DNA of 64,000 nucleotides from Acidimicrobiia bacterium (GTDB lineage Bacteria > Actinomycetota > Acidimicrobiia > Spongiisociales > ZC4RG35). Of this stretch, positions 56,187 through 64,000 are shown piece after piece. Under the pieces are notes generated by a model. That model searched no databases. It was not told where the DNA came from and was given only the letters and a program-made list of their open reading frames with translations. Location of the stretch: NCBI GenBank assembly GCA_048595045.1, contig JBMDXS010000069.1:5392-69391 (forward strand), given 5' to 3'. The position numbers and the translations under genes are program-made. The stretch's first letter is position 1. The number at the start of each line of letters is the position of its first letter.

Positions 56187-56771
56187 ATGGTTACGTCATC
56201 CGCGAGAGCATCTGGCTTGGGTTTCATGGACAAGCTGAACGGCCCCTGGCACGAGCGGGCCCTCTGGGTGTACCTGGCGATCGTGATCCTCCACTGGATC
56301 GAGCACCTCTTCCAGGCGGCGCAGATCTGGATCTTGGAGATGCCACGCCCGGAGGCACTGGGGGCGCTTGGTTACGTCTTCCCGTGGCTGGTGCGGTCCG
56401 AGGTGATGCATTTCGGGTACGCACTGGTCATGTTCATCGGCCTGGTGCTGCTGCTGCCCGGCTTCCACGGCGCATCACGGGGGTGGTGGCTGGCCTCGAC
56501 CATCATCCAGGGTTGGCACCTCATCGAGCACACCACCCTCCAGATCCAGGCCATCGTGGGCACGAACCTGTTCGGATCACCGGTGCCGACCAGCTTCCTC
56601 CAGCCCTTCATCCCGAGGCCGGAGCTGCACCTGGTCTACAACCTGATCGTTTTCATCCCCATGATCGTGGCCATGTGGCTGCACACCCGTCCCGACCAGG
56701 ATGTGGTCAACGAGTGCACCTGCGCCGCCCCGCCGCTGCCCAAGGCGACAGCAGGTCTGGCCAGCGCCTAG
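56187..56771 (+). CDS. Integral membrane protein with paired HxIEH motifs (unknown family)
   Basis: About five TM helices. HWIEH and GWHLIEH motifs are present, and a Cys pair CTC lies near the C-terminus. Confidence 0.5.
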   Translation: MVTSSARASGLGFMDKLNGPWHERALWVYLAIVILHWIEHLFQAAQIWILEMPRPEALGALGYVFPWLVRSEVMHFGYALVMFIGLVLLLPGFHGASRGWWLASTIIQGWHLIEHTTLQIQAIVGTNLFGSPVPTSFLQPFIPRPELHLVYNLIVFIPMIVAMWLHTRPDQDVVNECTCAAPPLPKATAGLASA

Positions 56772-56777
56772 CGGTAA

Positions 56778-57458
56778 TCATGTCGACAGACCGACGCGGT
56801 CGGCAGCCGCCCGGGTCAGCACTTCGGTGAACACCTCGGGTGGCTGGGCGCCGCTGATCCCGTAGGTGTCGTCGATGACGTAGAAGGGGACGCCCCGTAT
56901 CCCGTAGGCACGGGCCTGGGCCATGTCGGCGCGGACCGCCTCCAAGTAATCACCTTCGCTGAGGGAGCGGGCCACGTCAGCCCAGTCGAGACCGATCTCG
57001 GCGGCCAGGTCGGCCAGGTCCTCAACTCGACCGACGTGCCGGCCCTCGGTGAAATACGCACTGAGCAGACGCTCCTTCATCTCCAGCTGTCGGCCTCGTT
57101 CCTTGGCGTAGTGGAGAAGCTGGTGTGCCTTGATCGTGTTGGTGTGCTGCAAGGCGTCGTAGTCATAACGGAGCCCGGCGGCGAGTGCGATCCCCACCAC
57201 CCGGTCGATCATGGCTCGCGCCTGCTCGGCCGACACTCCGCGATGACCCATCAGGAACTCGATCTCACTCCCCTCGTACTCGACCGGGGTGTCGGGGGCC
57301 AGCTCGAAGCTGTGATAGGTGATCTGGACGGGCATCGCCTGATCGGTGGCGGTGTAACGGATCATCCCCGCCTCGAGGTTGCGCTTGCCGATGTAACACC
57401 AGGGACAGGCCACATCGGACCAGACGTCGACCTCGATGGGTGATCTATCGGGAGCCAC
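56778..57458 (-). CDS. DsbA-family (FrnE-like) thiol-disulfide oxidoreductase
   Basis: IEVDVWSDVACPWCYIGKR is the DsbA/FrnE signature CPWC. The GTG at 57458 is preferred over upstream ATGs, which would abut the divergent HNH gene. Confidence 0.7.
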   Translation of the reverse strand: MAPDRSPIEVDVWSDVACPWCYIGKRNLEAGMIRYTATDQAMPVQITYHSFELAPDTPVEYEGSEIEFLMGHRGVSAEQARAMIDRVVGIALAAGLRYDYDALQHTNTIKAHQLLHYAKERGRQLEMKERLLSAYFTEGRHVGRVEDLADLAAEIGLDWADVARSLSEGDYLEAVRADMAQARAYGIRGVPFYVIDDTYGISGAQPPEVFTEVLTRAAADRVGLST

Positions 57459-57513
57459 GGACCGAAGGTAGCCGGGCACCGAATCTGTCCCACATGACCG
57501 ATACGTTCGGGAC

Positions 57514-58230
57514 ATGGAAGAGGAATGCAAGGTCGAAGATTGCGAACGCGCGGTCTACTCAAAGGGAATGTGCCAGATGCACTACAGGCGAGTACGACGG
57601 AAGGGCGCCGTTGGGTCGTCCGGCCCGACCATTAGAGCCAAGTCGGGGTGTGTAGCCCCTGACTGCGATAACGAGGCCGAGGCTAAGGGTTACTGCCACG
57701 GCCACTATCAACGCCTGCTTCGCCATGGCGAGGTGGGCGACGAGCCCTTAGGTCGTCCAGGAAGACTTTGCTCGATAGAGGACTGTGACCACCCACACTG
57801 GGCCAAAGGTTTGTGCCAAACCCATTACAAGCGCGTCCTCGCCATCGGCGATGCCGACCCGACTCGATCGATCCGAACCGCCTCCGGTCTAGGCACGGTC
57901 GACCGAAACGGTTACAAGAACATTCCGATTCCGCCTCATTTGCGGTTCCTCGTGGGCGGATACGCTTGGGTTGGGGAGCACCGACTGGTGATGGCACTCC
58001 ATCTCGGCCGCCCGCTGTTGCCCGATGAGGTTGTTCATCATCGCAACGGCAACCGACTGGATAATCGCATCGAGAATCTGGAGTTGTGGTCGACGGCGCA
58101 CCCCAAGGGTCAACGGGTCGAAGACCTGGTCGCCTACTGCATCGAAATGCTCGGGTGGTACGCACCCGAAATCATCGAGTGGACAATGGCTAGGACTGGG
58201 GCCTCTCAGGAAGCTCCCGGGCTCCCATAA
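57514..58230 (+). CDS. HNH endonuclease with three N-terminal Cys/His zinc-binding repeats, lying in a lower-GC segment
   Basis: Three repeats C-x2-C...GxCxxHYxR ([60 protein letters not shown]). The HNH core is [20 protein letters not shown]-ending codons are visibly more frequent than in the neighbouring genes. Confidence 0.75.
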   Translation: MEEECKVEDCERAVYSKGMCQMHYRRVRRKGAVGSSGPTIRAKSGCVAPDCDNEAEAKGYCHGHYQRLLRHGEVGDEPLGRPGRLCSIEDCDHPHWAKGLCQTHYKRVLAIGDADPTRSIRTASGLGTVDRNGYKNIPIPPHLRFLVGGYAWVGEHRLVMALHLGRPLLPDEVVHHRNGNRLDNRIENLELWSTAHPKGQRVEDLVAYCIEMLGWYAPEIIEWTMARTGASQEAPGLP

Positions 58231-58262
58231 TCTAGAAAAAGTGCCCTCTACCAGGGGCGACG

Positions 58263-58335
58263 CAGTCCCGAGCGGGTTCGAACCGCCGTTTCCGGCTTGA
58301 GAGGCCGGCGTCCTAGACCACTAGACGACGGGACC
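58263..58335 (-). tRNA. tRNA-Glu (anticodon CTC)
   Basis: Hand-folded cloverleaf: acceptor GGTCCCG/CGGGACT, anticodon stem CCGGC/GCCGG with loop CTCTCAA, and T loop TTCGAAC. No CCA is encoded. Confidence 0.8.
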
Positions 58336-58364
58336 AGGTTGGAAGTCGGACGACACCGACTTCG

Positions 58365-58436
58365 CTCGGGGGGAAGGACTCGAACCCTCAATAACAGGGC
58401 CAGAACCTGTCGTGTTACCTATTACACCACCCCCGA
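58365..58436 (-). tRNA. tRNA-Gln (anticodon CTG)
   Basis: Hand-folded cloverleaf with a U1-A72 pair and a G discriminator, typical of bacterial tRNA-Gln. D stem GTGT/ACAC. Anticodon stem ACAGG/CCTGT with loop TTCTGGC. T loop TTCGAGT. Confidence 0.8.
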
Positions 58437-58508
58437 ACGCGCACGCCCGAAGGCAATGCAGGGTAGGAGACAAGGATAATCGAACGGAGGGGCAGTGCGA
58501 ACCGTGGT

Positions 58509-58925
58509 TCAGGGGACGGGAACCGGCACCGCAGTCGCCTCCGCCCTGATCATCAAGGGCGCATCATCGTCGATGAACACACCTATCAAGCCGAGCTCCA
58601 GACGGTCGCTGACCTGAACCGTCACCGACGAGCGATCAGACGCAGTGATCACAGAGAGATCGGACACGAGAACGTCCTGGGATCCGACATAGCCCGACCC
58701 GAGAGCCGACGCCCTGGGCGGATCGATCACCACCTCGCCGGTGGCGCGATAGTGCTCCTCGTCGATGCCCGAGGCGGCTGCGATCGAAGCCGAATCGGCA
58801 ATGGCCGCCAGTTCACGCTGAACGGCCAGGGCACGCCAAAAGTCGACCATCAGCCCTCCGAACAACAGCAGCAACACCGACAGGCCGAGAGCCCACAGGG
58901 TCACCGAGCCTCTATCGCCGCTCAC
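58509..58925 (-). CDS. TadE/TadG-like pseudopilin (Flp pilus assembly)
   Basis: The N-terminus VTLWALGLSVLLLLFGGLMVDFW is the TadE-like hydrophobic segment. Confidence 0.65.
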   Translation of the reverse strand: MSGDRGSVTLWALGLSVLLLLFGGLMVDFWRALAVQRELAAIADSASIAAASGIDEEHYRATGEVVIDPPRASALGSGYVGSQDVLVSDLSVITASDRSSVTVQVSDRLELGLIGVFIDDDAPLMIRAEATAVPVPVP

Positions 58926-59350
58926 GGGAGGCTCCGATAGAGATCGACCGGCTCAGAGTGTGCAGAACCCACCCACAAGCCACCGACCTCACCCCAGGGT
59001 GTCGCCACGAGAGGGACCCACACCTCGACCCGGGCACTGATCGACGACCCACGTTGAAATGAGCACGAGGTCACTTCGCCCGACTCACTCGATGGGGTCT
59101 CTCCACACCAGCCGAGACGCACCAGGTCCGGGCCGAGCCCATGGTTGGATGACATCTCGTGGACGACGGACGCTCCAGCAGAGACGTCGAGGTCGATGAC
59201 TGCCGCCCGAGCCGCCTCGGCCGCGGCAGCCTCGGCAAAGACTCTTCTCTCGGACCAGGGCCCGAAGGCGAGGACAGCTATCGCCACGGGCAGCAGGAGA
59301 AGGCCGACCGCAAGACCGAGCTCGACCGCGGCGTGGCCCCGATCCTTCAC
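58922..59350 (-). CDS. TadE-like pseudopilin
   Basis: AAVELGLAVGLLLLPVAIAVLAFG is a TadE motif. The start is approximate; the upstream Arg/Gly-rich part of the listed ORF was rejected. Confidence 0.55.
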   Translation of the reverse strand: MKDRGHAAVELGLAVGLLLLPVAIAVLAFGPWSERRVFAEAAAAEAARAAVIDLDVSAGASVVHEMSSNHGLGPDLVRLGWCGETPSSESGEVTSCSFQRGSSISARVEVWVPLVATPWGEVGGLWVGSAHSEPVDLYRSLP

Positions 59351-59739
59351 GGCGGGACCTCTCGGGTTGCCTGGGCCGTCATCTCGATCACGAAGTCGGT
59401 CGTGAACGGGGTCCAGGAGTCGAAGACCGCCCTCGCCGATGCTGTCACCAGAACCGGGCCGACGACGCACTCTGCCACGACCGAATCCCCCATGCGCCCC
59501 CCCAGCAACTGGGAGAGCACATGCTCGATGCGATCCGCGCAATCACGTGGAGACGAGCTGACTGCACCCGCCCGGGCGCCTTGATCCAGAGCTGAGCGGA
59601 GCGCTCCTCGGCCGTACTGGGCCACAACCAGGTTGGCCATCGCCAGGAAGAGGAGAAGCGCGAGACCGCTGGCGAGTAGGAACTGGACCGAGGAGACTCC
59701 CCGGTCGCTCAACCCCCGATCAGTTGGGAACGGATCCAC
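59347..59739 (-). CDS. TadE-like pseudopilin
   Basis: SSVQFLLASGLALLLFLAMANLVV. The start is uncertain and may overlap the flp end. Confidence 0.55.
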   Translation of the reverse strand: MDPFPTDRGLSDRGVSSVQFLLASGLALLLFLAMANLVVAQYGRGALRSALDQGARAGAVSSSPRDCADRIEHVLSQLLGGRMGDSVVAECVVGPVLVTASARAVFDSWTPFTTDFVIEMTAQATREVPP

Positions 59740-59888
59740 CCGACGATGTCCACGCCGAGGGCCTGTAGCGCTCCCCAGATGACGACCAGCGCCGCGATGG
59801 CCAGAGCTGCGTTGCCCATCAGCTCCGCGGTGTTGAGACCGCGGTCATCGCGCCACACGTCGCGGAGCCACTGTCTTACTGTCGACAT
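59709..59888 (-). CDS. flp: Flp/Fap-family pilin (59 aa). It is absent from the supplied ORF track because it is under 60 aa.
   Basis: On the minus strand AAAGGAGGTCGAA precedes an ATG at 59888. The product is MSTVRQWLRDVWRDDRGLNTAELMGNAALAIAALVVIWGALQALGVDIVGWIRSQLIGG*. It has a Flp-type leader (DxRG) and a hydrophobic core. Confidence 0.7.
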   Translation of the reverse strand: MSTVRQWLRDVWRDDRGLNTAELMGNAALAIAALVVIWGALQALGVDIVGWIRSQLIGG

Positions 59889-59900
59889 TTCGACCTCCTT

Positions 59901-60827
59901 TCAACGCCAGCCTGTGATCAGATACGGAAGCGGGGCCGCCACGAAGAGGAGAAGGACCGGCGCCAGGATGGCGATGATCGGGACCAGCATGGCTGCGCGT
60001 CGCTTGGTGGCCGACCTCCTCATGGTCTCCCGGCGGGTCTCCCTGACGTCTTCTGACAGGTCGAGCAGAGCAGGAGCGAGATCCGCTCCCCGTTCCTCGG
60101 CGGTCGCCAGCAACCGATAGGTCCGGGCACAGAATCCCTCGGGGGTCAACTCGGCGATCCTCCGAAAGGCATCACCTGCACGCCAGCCCGAGCGGTGGAG
60201 ACGCAGCGCGTCCGCCAATTCGGTCACAACCTCGCCCTGACCGCGCTTGACGACGTCCTGGACCGCATGCACCACCCCTCCCCCGGCCCGGATTCGCATG
60301 GCCAGGAGCTGATTCACCGTGTAGATCTCGATACACATCCTGTCCCGTCTGCGTGTGATGGCGGCCCTAAGCGCGCCATGGTGGCGGGTCGCCCCTATGA
60401 CCAGGCCGAGCAGGGCCAGGACGATCCGCGGCGCCGGCGCCAGGTCCAGCGCCTGGCCTGCTGCGAGCCCCAGCCCGCCTCCCACCGCGATCGATCGCAG
60501 CTGCGCCATCCGGAACGCAGTTACGGTGTCCTCCTCGGGCAGCTCCCGGTACCAGCCGGCTTGACGTAGCTGGAGAACCGTCACCTGCTCACCGGACCGA
60601 TCCAGGAAACGACCCAGACCTGTAGCCACGCCGCGGAGGATCGGCCCGAACACCTCACCCAGGGGTCCCGTGTCCGCAGGCCGTCGCGCCGTCAGCCGCG
60701 TCGGCGTCAGATACGGGTTGATCCTGGAGGCGAGGCTTCTCGCCGGGGGGAACAGGGAGTAGACGAGCACTCCTGCAACGGCTGCCGAGGCGCTGGCCGA
60801 GAGGATGACGAGTGGCGAGACGGTCAC
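59901..60827 (-). CDS. tadC: Flp pilus assembly membrane protein TadC (T2SS-F family)
   Basis: A T2SSF-domain membrane protein. Its GTG start overlaps the tadB stop as GTGA. Confidence 0.75.
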   Translation of the reverse strand: MTVSPLVILSASASAAVAGVLVYSLFPPARSLASRINPYLTPTRLTARRPADTGPLGEVFGPILRGVATGLGRFLDRSGEQVTVLQLRQAGWYRELPEEDTVTAFRMAQLRSIAVGGGLGLAAGQALDLAPAPRIVLALLGLVIGATRHHGALRAAITRRRDRMCIEIYTVNQLLAMRIRAGGGVVHAVQDVVKRGQGEVVTELADALRLHRSGWRAGDAFRRIAELTPEGFCARTYRLLATAEERGADLAPALLDLSEDVRETRRETMRRSATKRRAAMLVPIIAILAPVLLLFVAAPLPYLITGWR

Positions 60828-61684
60828 TCTCCACCTTTCGCCGCAACGAATACGCGGGGCTCGGTCGGCTGCGCGCCGAGCCTGGAGGCGAGGACGACCC
60901 CGACCAGGCTCATGAGCCCGCCGGCGACGGCCACTCCAACACCGAGCGCCGACGCGTAGAACTCACGGAACACCCCCGCCCGCGCCGTCATCGCGATCAG
61001 CACGAGCCAGGGCAGGATGAACACGATGCGCGAGTTGATCTTCTGCTCCAGAGCGTCGGTGCGGATCTCCTCGAGACTCCACAGGTCCTTGGTGGTCGTC
61101 TGGGCAAGATCGGAGAGGATCTCGGGCACAACCGCCCCGCCTCGCTCGTGAGCCAGGATCAGGACTTCGATCACGCGATCCGAGGTCGGGTCAGCGAGAT
61201 CGGACTTCACCATCTCCAGGGCGGGTGCCACACCGAGGCTTCGCGAGTAGATCGGGAATCCCTGGAATGCATCCCGCAGGGGGGCTGGCCCAAACGACGC
61301 GAGGTCCTCTATCGCGGTGGGGAGGGAGGCACCCGACCTCACCGAAGCCAACAGATCGCGCAGGCCATCCGGCCATGCAGCCTGCACCTCTTCGAGGCGT
61401 CGTGCCCGCTTCCGGGCGAAATAGGCCTTGGGCATGGTGGCAACTACGACCGAGGGGAACATCGACACGATTGGCAGCGATGTGAGGGCGTAGACCACGG
61501 CGTAGGTCACCAGTCCGACGCCGATCGACGTGACCCAGAATTGGGCCGGCGTGACATCGAGGCCCGCCTCCTTCAGCCATGACCTAGCCAGTGGCGGTCT
61601 GACCCCCGGGTTCTTGATGCCGGACAGAGCGCTTCGCGCCAGGAGCGCAGCTGCTACCGAGGTGACCAGGGCGGCCAGGATCAC
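60824..61684 (-). CDS. tadB: Flp pilus assembly membrane protein TadB (T2SS-F family)
   Basis: T2SSF domain. The start is re-set to a GTG/TTG at about 61684 that follows GGGAGGG and overlaps the tadA stop. The 34-aa upstream extension was rejected. Confidence 0.75.
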   Translation of the reverse strand: MILAALVTSVAAALLARSALSGIKNPGVRPPLARSWLKEAGLDVTPAQFWVTSIGVGLVTYAVVYALTSLPIVSMFPSVVVATMPKAYFARKRARRLEEVQAAWPDGLRDLLASVRSGASLPTAIEDLASFGPAPLRDAFQGFPIYSRSLGVAPALEMVKSDLADPTSDRVIEVLILAHERGGAVVPEILSDLAQTTTKDLWSLEEIRTDALEQKINSRIVFILPWLVLIAMTARAGVFREFYASALGVGVAVAGGLMSLVGVVLASRLGAQPTEPRVFVAAKGGE

Positions 61685-62952
61685 CAACTCATCCCTCCCC
61701 GCAGTACCCGGGTGAGGTCGACGCCCCGGGGCAGTTCTCGATCGAGCCGCCGGATCAGCGAGTCCGGAGGCATGGCACCGGTCCACTCCAGTGCACTGCC
61801 CAGCCGATCCCGATGGAACAACGGCTCTGACGAGAAGTCGTCATGAAGGGAAGGAACCAAGGCGCGTATCTCCATCGTCTGGCGGCGAATCTCTCCACCA
61901 GCCGGATCGACGTCACGCTCCAGGTGGACCACGAGATCTATCGATGATGCGAAGACCTTCCGCACCACGCGCTCGGTCACGTTCTCGCCTGCCATCAAGG
62001 CGGCGTTGACCAATGCATCGAGGGCGTCTGGAGCCGAGTTGGCGTGGATCGTGCAGGCGAACCCACACCCGGCGTTCATCGCTCGGGTCAGCTCGAAAGC
62101 CTCGGCGCCTCGCACCTCTCCGACCACGATCAGGTCCGGTCGCATCGCCAGAGTGGCCTTGACCAGCTGGCGAAGGCTGATCTCACCGCTGCCGTCCAAC
62201 ATCGGGGGGCGCGCCTCGTAATAGGAGCCATGAACGATCGGTACGTGCAGCTCACGAATCTCCTCGCACGCCCGAATGCAATGGGCGACAGGCACGGCCG
62301 CGATGAGGGCGGAGAGGAACGATGTCTTCCCTGCCCCCGGTGGCCCGCTAACCACGATCGAGGTCGAGGCCCGCATCGCGAGGGCAAGGAAATCTGCGGC
62401 CCCCCGGGATAGCGATCCCAGCTCTACCAGGGAGGTGAGCGATTCCCTTCTGAGTGCGTATCGGCGGATGGTCGCCGAAAGATGGTCGGCTACCGGTGGG
62501 ATGACCGCGGTGATGCGAGCGGTGCCGTCGAGGATTCGCGCTTGGGACACGGGATGTGAGGCGTCCAGTCGGCGATCAGTGGCCGCCATGAGACGCTCGA
62601 CGACCTGCCGGTTCTCGGTCTCGGTGCTAGGCAACTCCAGGCCCCGAAGGTGGCCTCCGGCTTCGAGGTACGTCACCCGTGCCCCTTCTATGAAGATCTC
62701 CTCCACATCGTCGCGTTCGAGCAGATCGCCGAGAGGCCCGAAGAAGGCGACCGACTGGAGGAGCCTGCGGACAGTCGCGTCGGGGTCGATCAACGATCTC
62801 GACTCACCCAGGTGCGCCTGGCGTTGGTAGTCGTCGACGGTCGCACGTAGCAGTTCGACCAGCCTTCCCGTGTCCCGCTGCGGGTCCAGTCCAGAGCCAT
62901 CGATGCGCTCGAGCGCCTTCTGCCGGATCTCGTGGTAGGCGTCGACCGTCAT
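61681..62952 (-). CDS. tadA: CpaF/TadA secretion ATPase
   Basis: VSGPPGAGKTSFLSAL (Walker A) and a VirB11/CpaF fold. The ATG at 62952 overlaps the tadZ stop as ATGA. Confidence 0.85.
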   Translation of the reverse strand: MTVDAYHEIRQKALERIDGSGLDPQRDTGRLVELLRATVDDYQRQAHLGESRSLIDPDATVRRLLQSVAFFGPLGDLLERDDVEEIFIEGARVTYLEAGGHLRGLELPSTETENRQVVERLMAATDRRLDASHPVSQARILDGTARITAVIPPVADHLSATIRRYALRRESLTSLVELGSLSRGAADFLALAMRASTSIVVSGPPGAGKTSFLSALIAAVPVAHCIRACEEIRELHVPIVHGSYYEARPPMLDGSGEISLRQLVKATLAMRPDLIVVGEVRGAEAFELTRAMNAGCGFACTIHANSAPDALDALVNAALMAGENVTERVVRKVFASSIDLVVHLERDVDPAGGEIRRQTMEIRALVPSLHDDFSSEPLFHRDRLGSALEWTGAMPPDSLIRRLDRELPRGVDLTRVLRGGMSW

Positions 62953-63941
62953 CCCATCACTCTGTCGACCAACGAGGCGAGCCGGCCGACCGACTCGGCG
63001 AAGGGGCCCCTCGTGACCCTCGTTCCATCCCACGATGCCCGAGCCAGGCGACGGTCCTCTGGCACCAGGACCACCGGCACGGCTGGCAAGAGGCGCCCCA
63101 ACTCCGCGCGTATCTCCAGCCGGTGCCGACTCCCAGACCCCACGCGGTTGACCAAGGCAACGGTGTCGGGCATGTCGGCGCCCGTGACGATGTCCTGAAC
63201 CGAGCGCACCATCCTCGCCATCCCCACCGGGTTGGCCAGGCCGACAACGACGAGCACTCGAAACCTCAGCTGCTCGAGGCGCCCCGGCGGCGGGCTCCCT
63301 AGATCGGCCACCACGACCTCGTAGCCGTCCTTGCCCAACTCATCGAGCACACCTTCGATCTCGACCGGGGGGAGTTCCTGTGTGGCGAGCGGCTTGACCA
63401 GGCCCCCGACCACATCGATCCCATCTTGTTCGAGGACAGCTTCGGCTATCGATCCGATTCGATGATGGGCGGCGTCGACCGCGCTGAGGAGATTTGGATG
63501 AAGCGGCAGGTCGAGACGTTGGGCGAGCGACGGTGTGGCCTGGTCGAGGTCGACCAGCACCGTGGGTCTCCTGGTGGCGAGGCCCGAGGCGATCCCGATT
63601 GCGATCTCGGTGCATCCGACACCGCCGATCGGACCGAGGACCCCAACCCGGAAAGCAGGCGAGGCGGCGCCGACTCGCAGCACGTCTGTCTCGCTGTGGA
63701 GCAAGGTCGCTTCCGCCGCCGCGAGGAACTCCTCCGGCATCGCATCCTGCTCGAGCACATCGGTGACGCCGCACTCGAGGAGATGGCGCTTTGCGTCGGC
63801 GGCGTCCGCCGGGTCGTAGACACCGATTATCTCTCGGCCCAGGTCACGCACACTTCTCACCAGACGCGGGGTCAGGAATGAGCAGACGTCGTCGATGAAG
63901 AGGATCTCGTACTGCTCGCTGACGGCCTGCTCCGGGCCCAT
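62949..63941 (-). CDS. tadZ: CpaE/TadZ-like pilus-assembly ParA/MinD-family ATPase with an N-terminal receiver-like domain
   Basis: A deviant Walker A GVLGPIGGVGCT and a receiver-like N-terminus. The start is approximate (MGPEQ at 63941 or upstream at 63992). Confidence 0.7.
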   Translation of the reverse strand: MGPEQAVSEQYEILFIDDVCSFLTPRLVRSVRDLGREIIGVYDPADAADAKRHLLECGVTDVLEQDAMPEEFLAAAEATLLHSETDVLRVGAASPAFRVGVLGPIGGVGCTEIAIGIASGLATRRPTVLVDLDQATPSLAQRLDLPLHPNLLSAVDAAHHRIGSIAEAVLEQDGIDVVGGLVKPLATQELPPVEIEGVLDELGKDGYEVVVADLGSPPPGRLEQLRFRVLVVVGLANPVGMARMVRSVQDIVTGADMPDTVALVNRVGSGSRHRLEIRAELGRLLPAVPVVLVPEDRRLARASWDGTRVTRGPFAESVGRLASLVDRVMG

Positions 63942-64000
63942 GACACGCGCCCGGATCCGGCCGCCACCATGATCGAGCAGGAATCGGTGCACCCGGTCGG

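Noticed and set aside
58341-58362. Hairpin GAAGTCGG-ACGACA-CCGACTTC between the two tRNA genes, considered as a terminator.
   Set aside because: It is a 29-nt spacer inside a probable tRNA-Gln-tRNA-Glu co-transcript with no following U-tract. It is more likely a processing-site structure than a terminator.
1-64000. Search for CRISPR arrays, rRNA, IS/transposase or integrase genes, and retron-like elements.
   Set aside because: No arrays of regularly spaced direct repeats were seen. There are no rRNA-like stretches and no transposase or integrase motifs. The only mobile-like element is the HNH gene beside the tRNAs, reported above.

Overview
This is a GC-rich, gene-dense chromosomal segment that looks actinobacterial. 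The gene content is typical of Actinobacteria: a mprAB-pepD-like two-component system with an HtrA protease, tandem CNNM transporters, a complete tad/Flp pilus locus, a short menaquinone-gene set, ino1, ppdK, murA, gltX, and a RNase HI / CobC-like phosphatase operon. Most of it is housekeeping and metabolism. All calls are by eye from the sequence and the ORF track, with no database search, so family assignments are by motif.

The main regulatory feature is a probable cobalamin riboswitch on the minus strand (~10960-11150). It controls a minus-strand operon of a BtuF-like binding protein, a FecCD-type permease, an ABC ATPase and the corrinoid adenosyltransferase gene cobO (7572-11240). Three tRNA genes are present. 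tRNA-Glu(TTC) lies directly downstream of gltX. A tRNA-Gln(CTG)/tRNA-Glu(CTC) pair lies next to a lower-GC HNH-endonuclease insertion.

The tad locus is complete and runs on the minus strand. It includes a 59-aa Flp pilin ORF that the ORF track missed because it is shorter than 60 aa.

Other points worth a second look:
- a class III cyclase fused to a STAND ATPase and TPR repeats
- a CofC-like nucleotidyltransferase translationally coupled to a MOFRL glycerate kinase
- a CNNM paralog whose only plausible start is an ATT codon with a good Shine-Dalgarno sequence
- a lone sufB with a 19-nt direct repeat at its 3' end and a palindrome in its promoter region
- a terminator or attenuator hairpin 25 nt upstream of an M23 peptidase start
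- a secreted N-terminal-His protein paired with a His-motif membrane protein
- a truncated MeaB-like GTPase

No CRISPR array, rRNA or transposase was seen. Many long antisense ORFs rich in Arg, Gly and Pro are GC-bias artefacts and were rejected.
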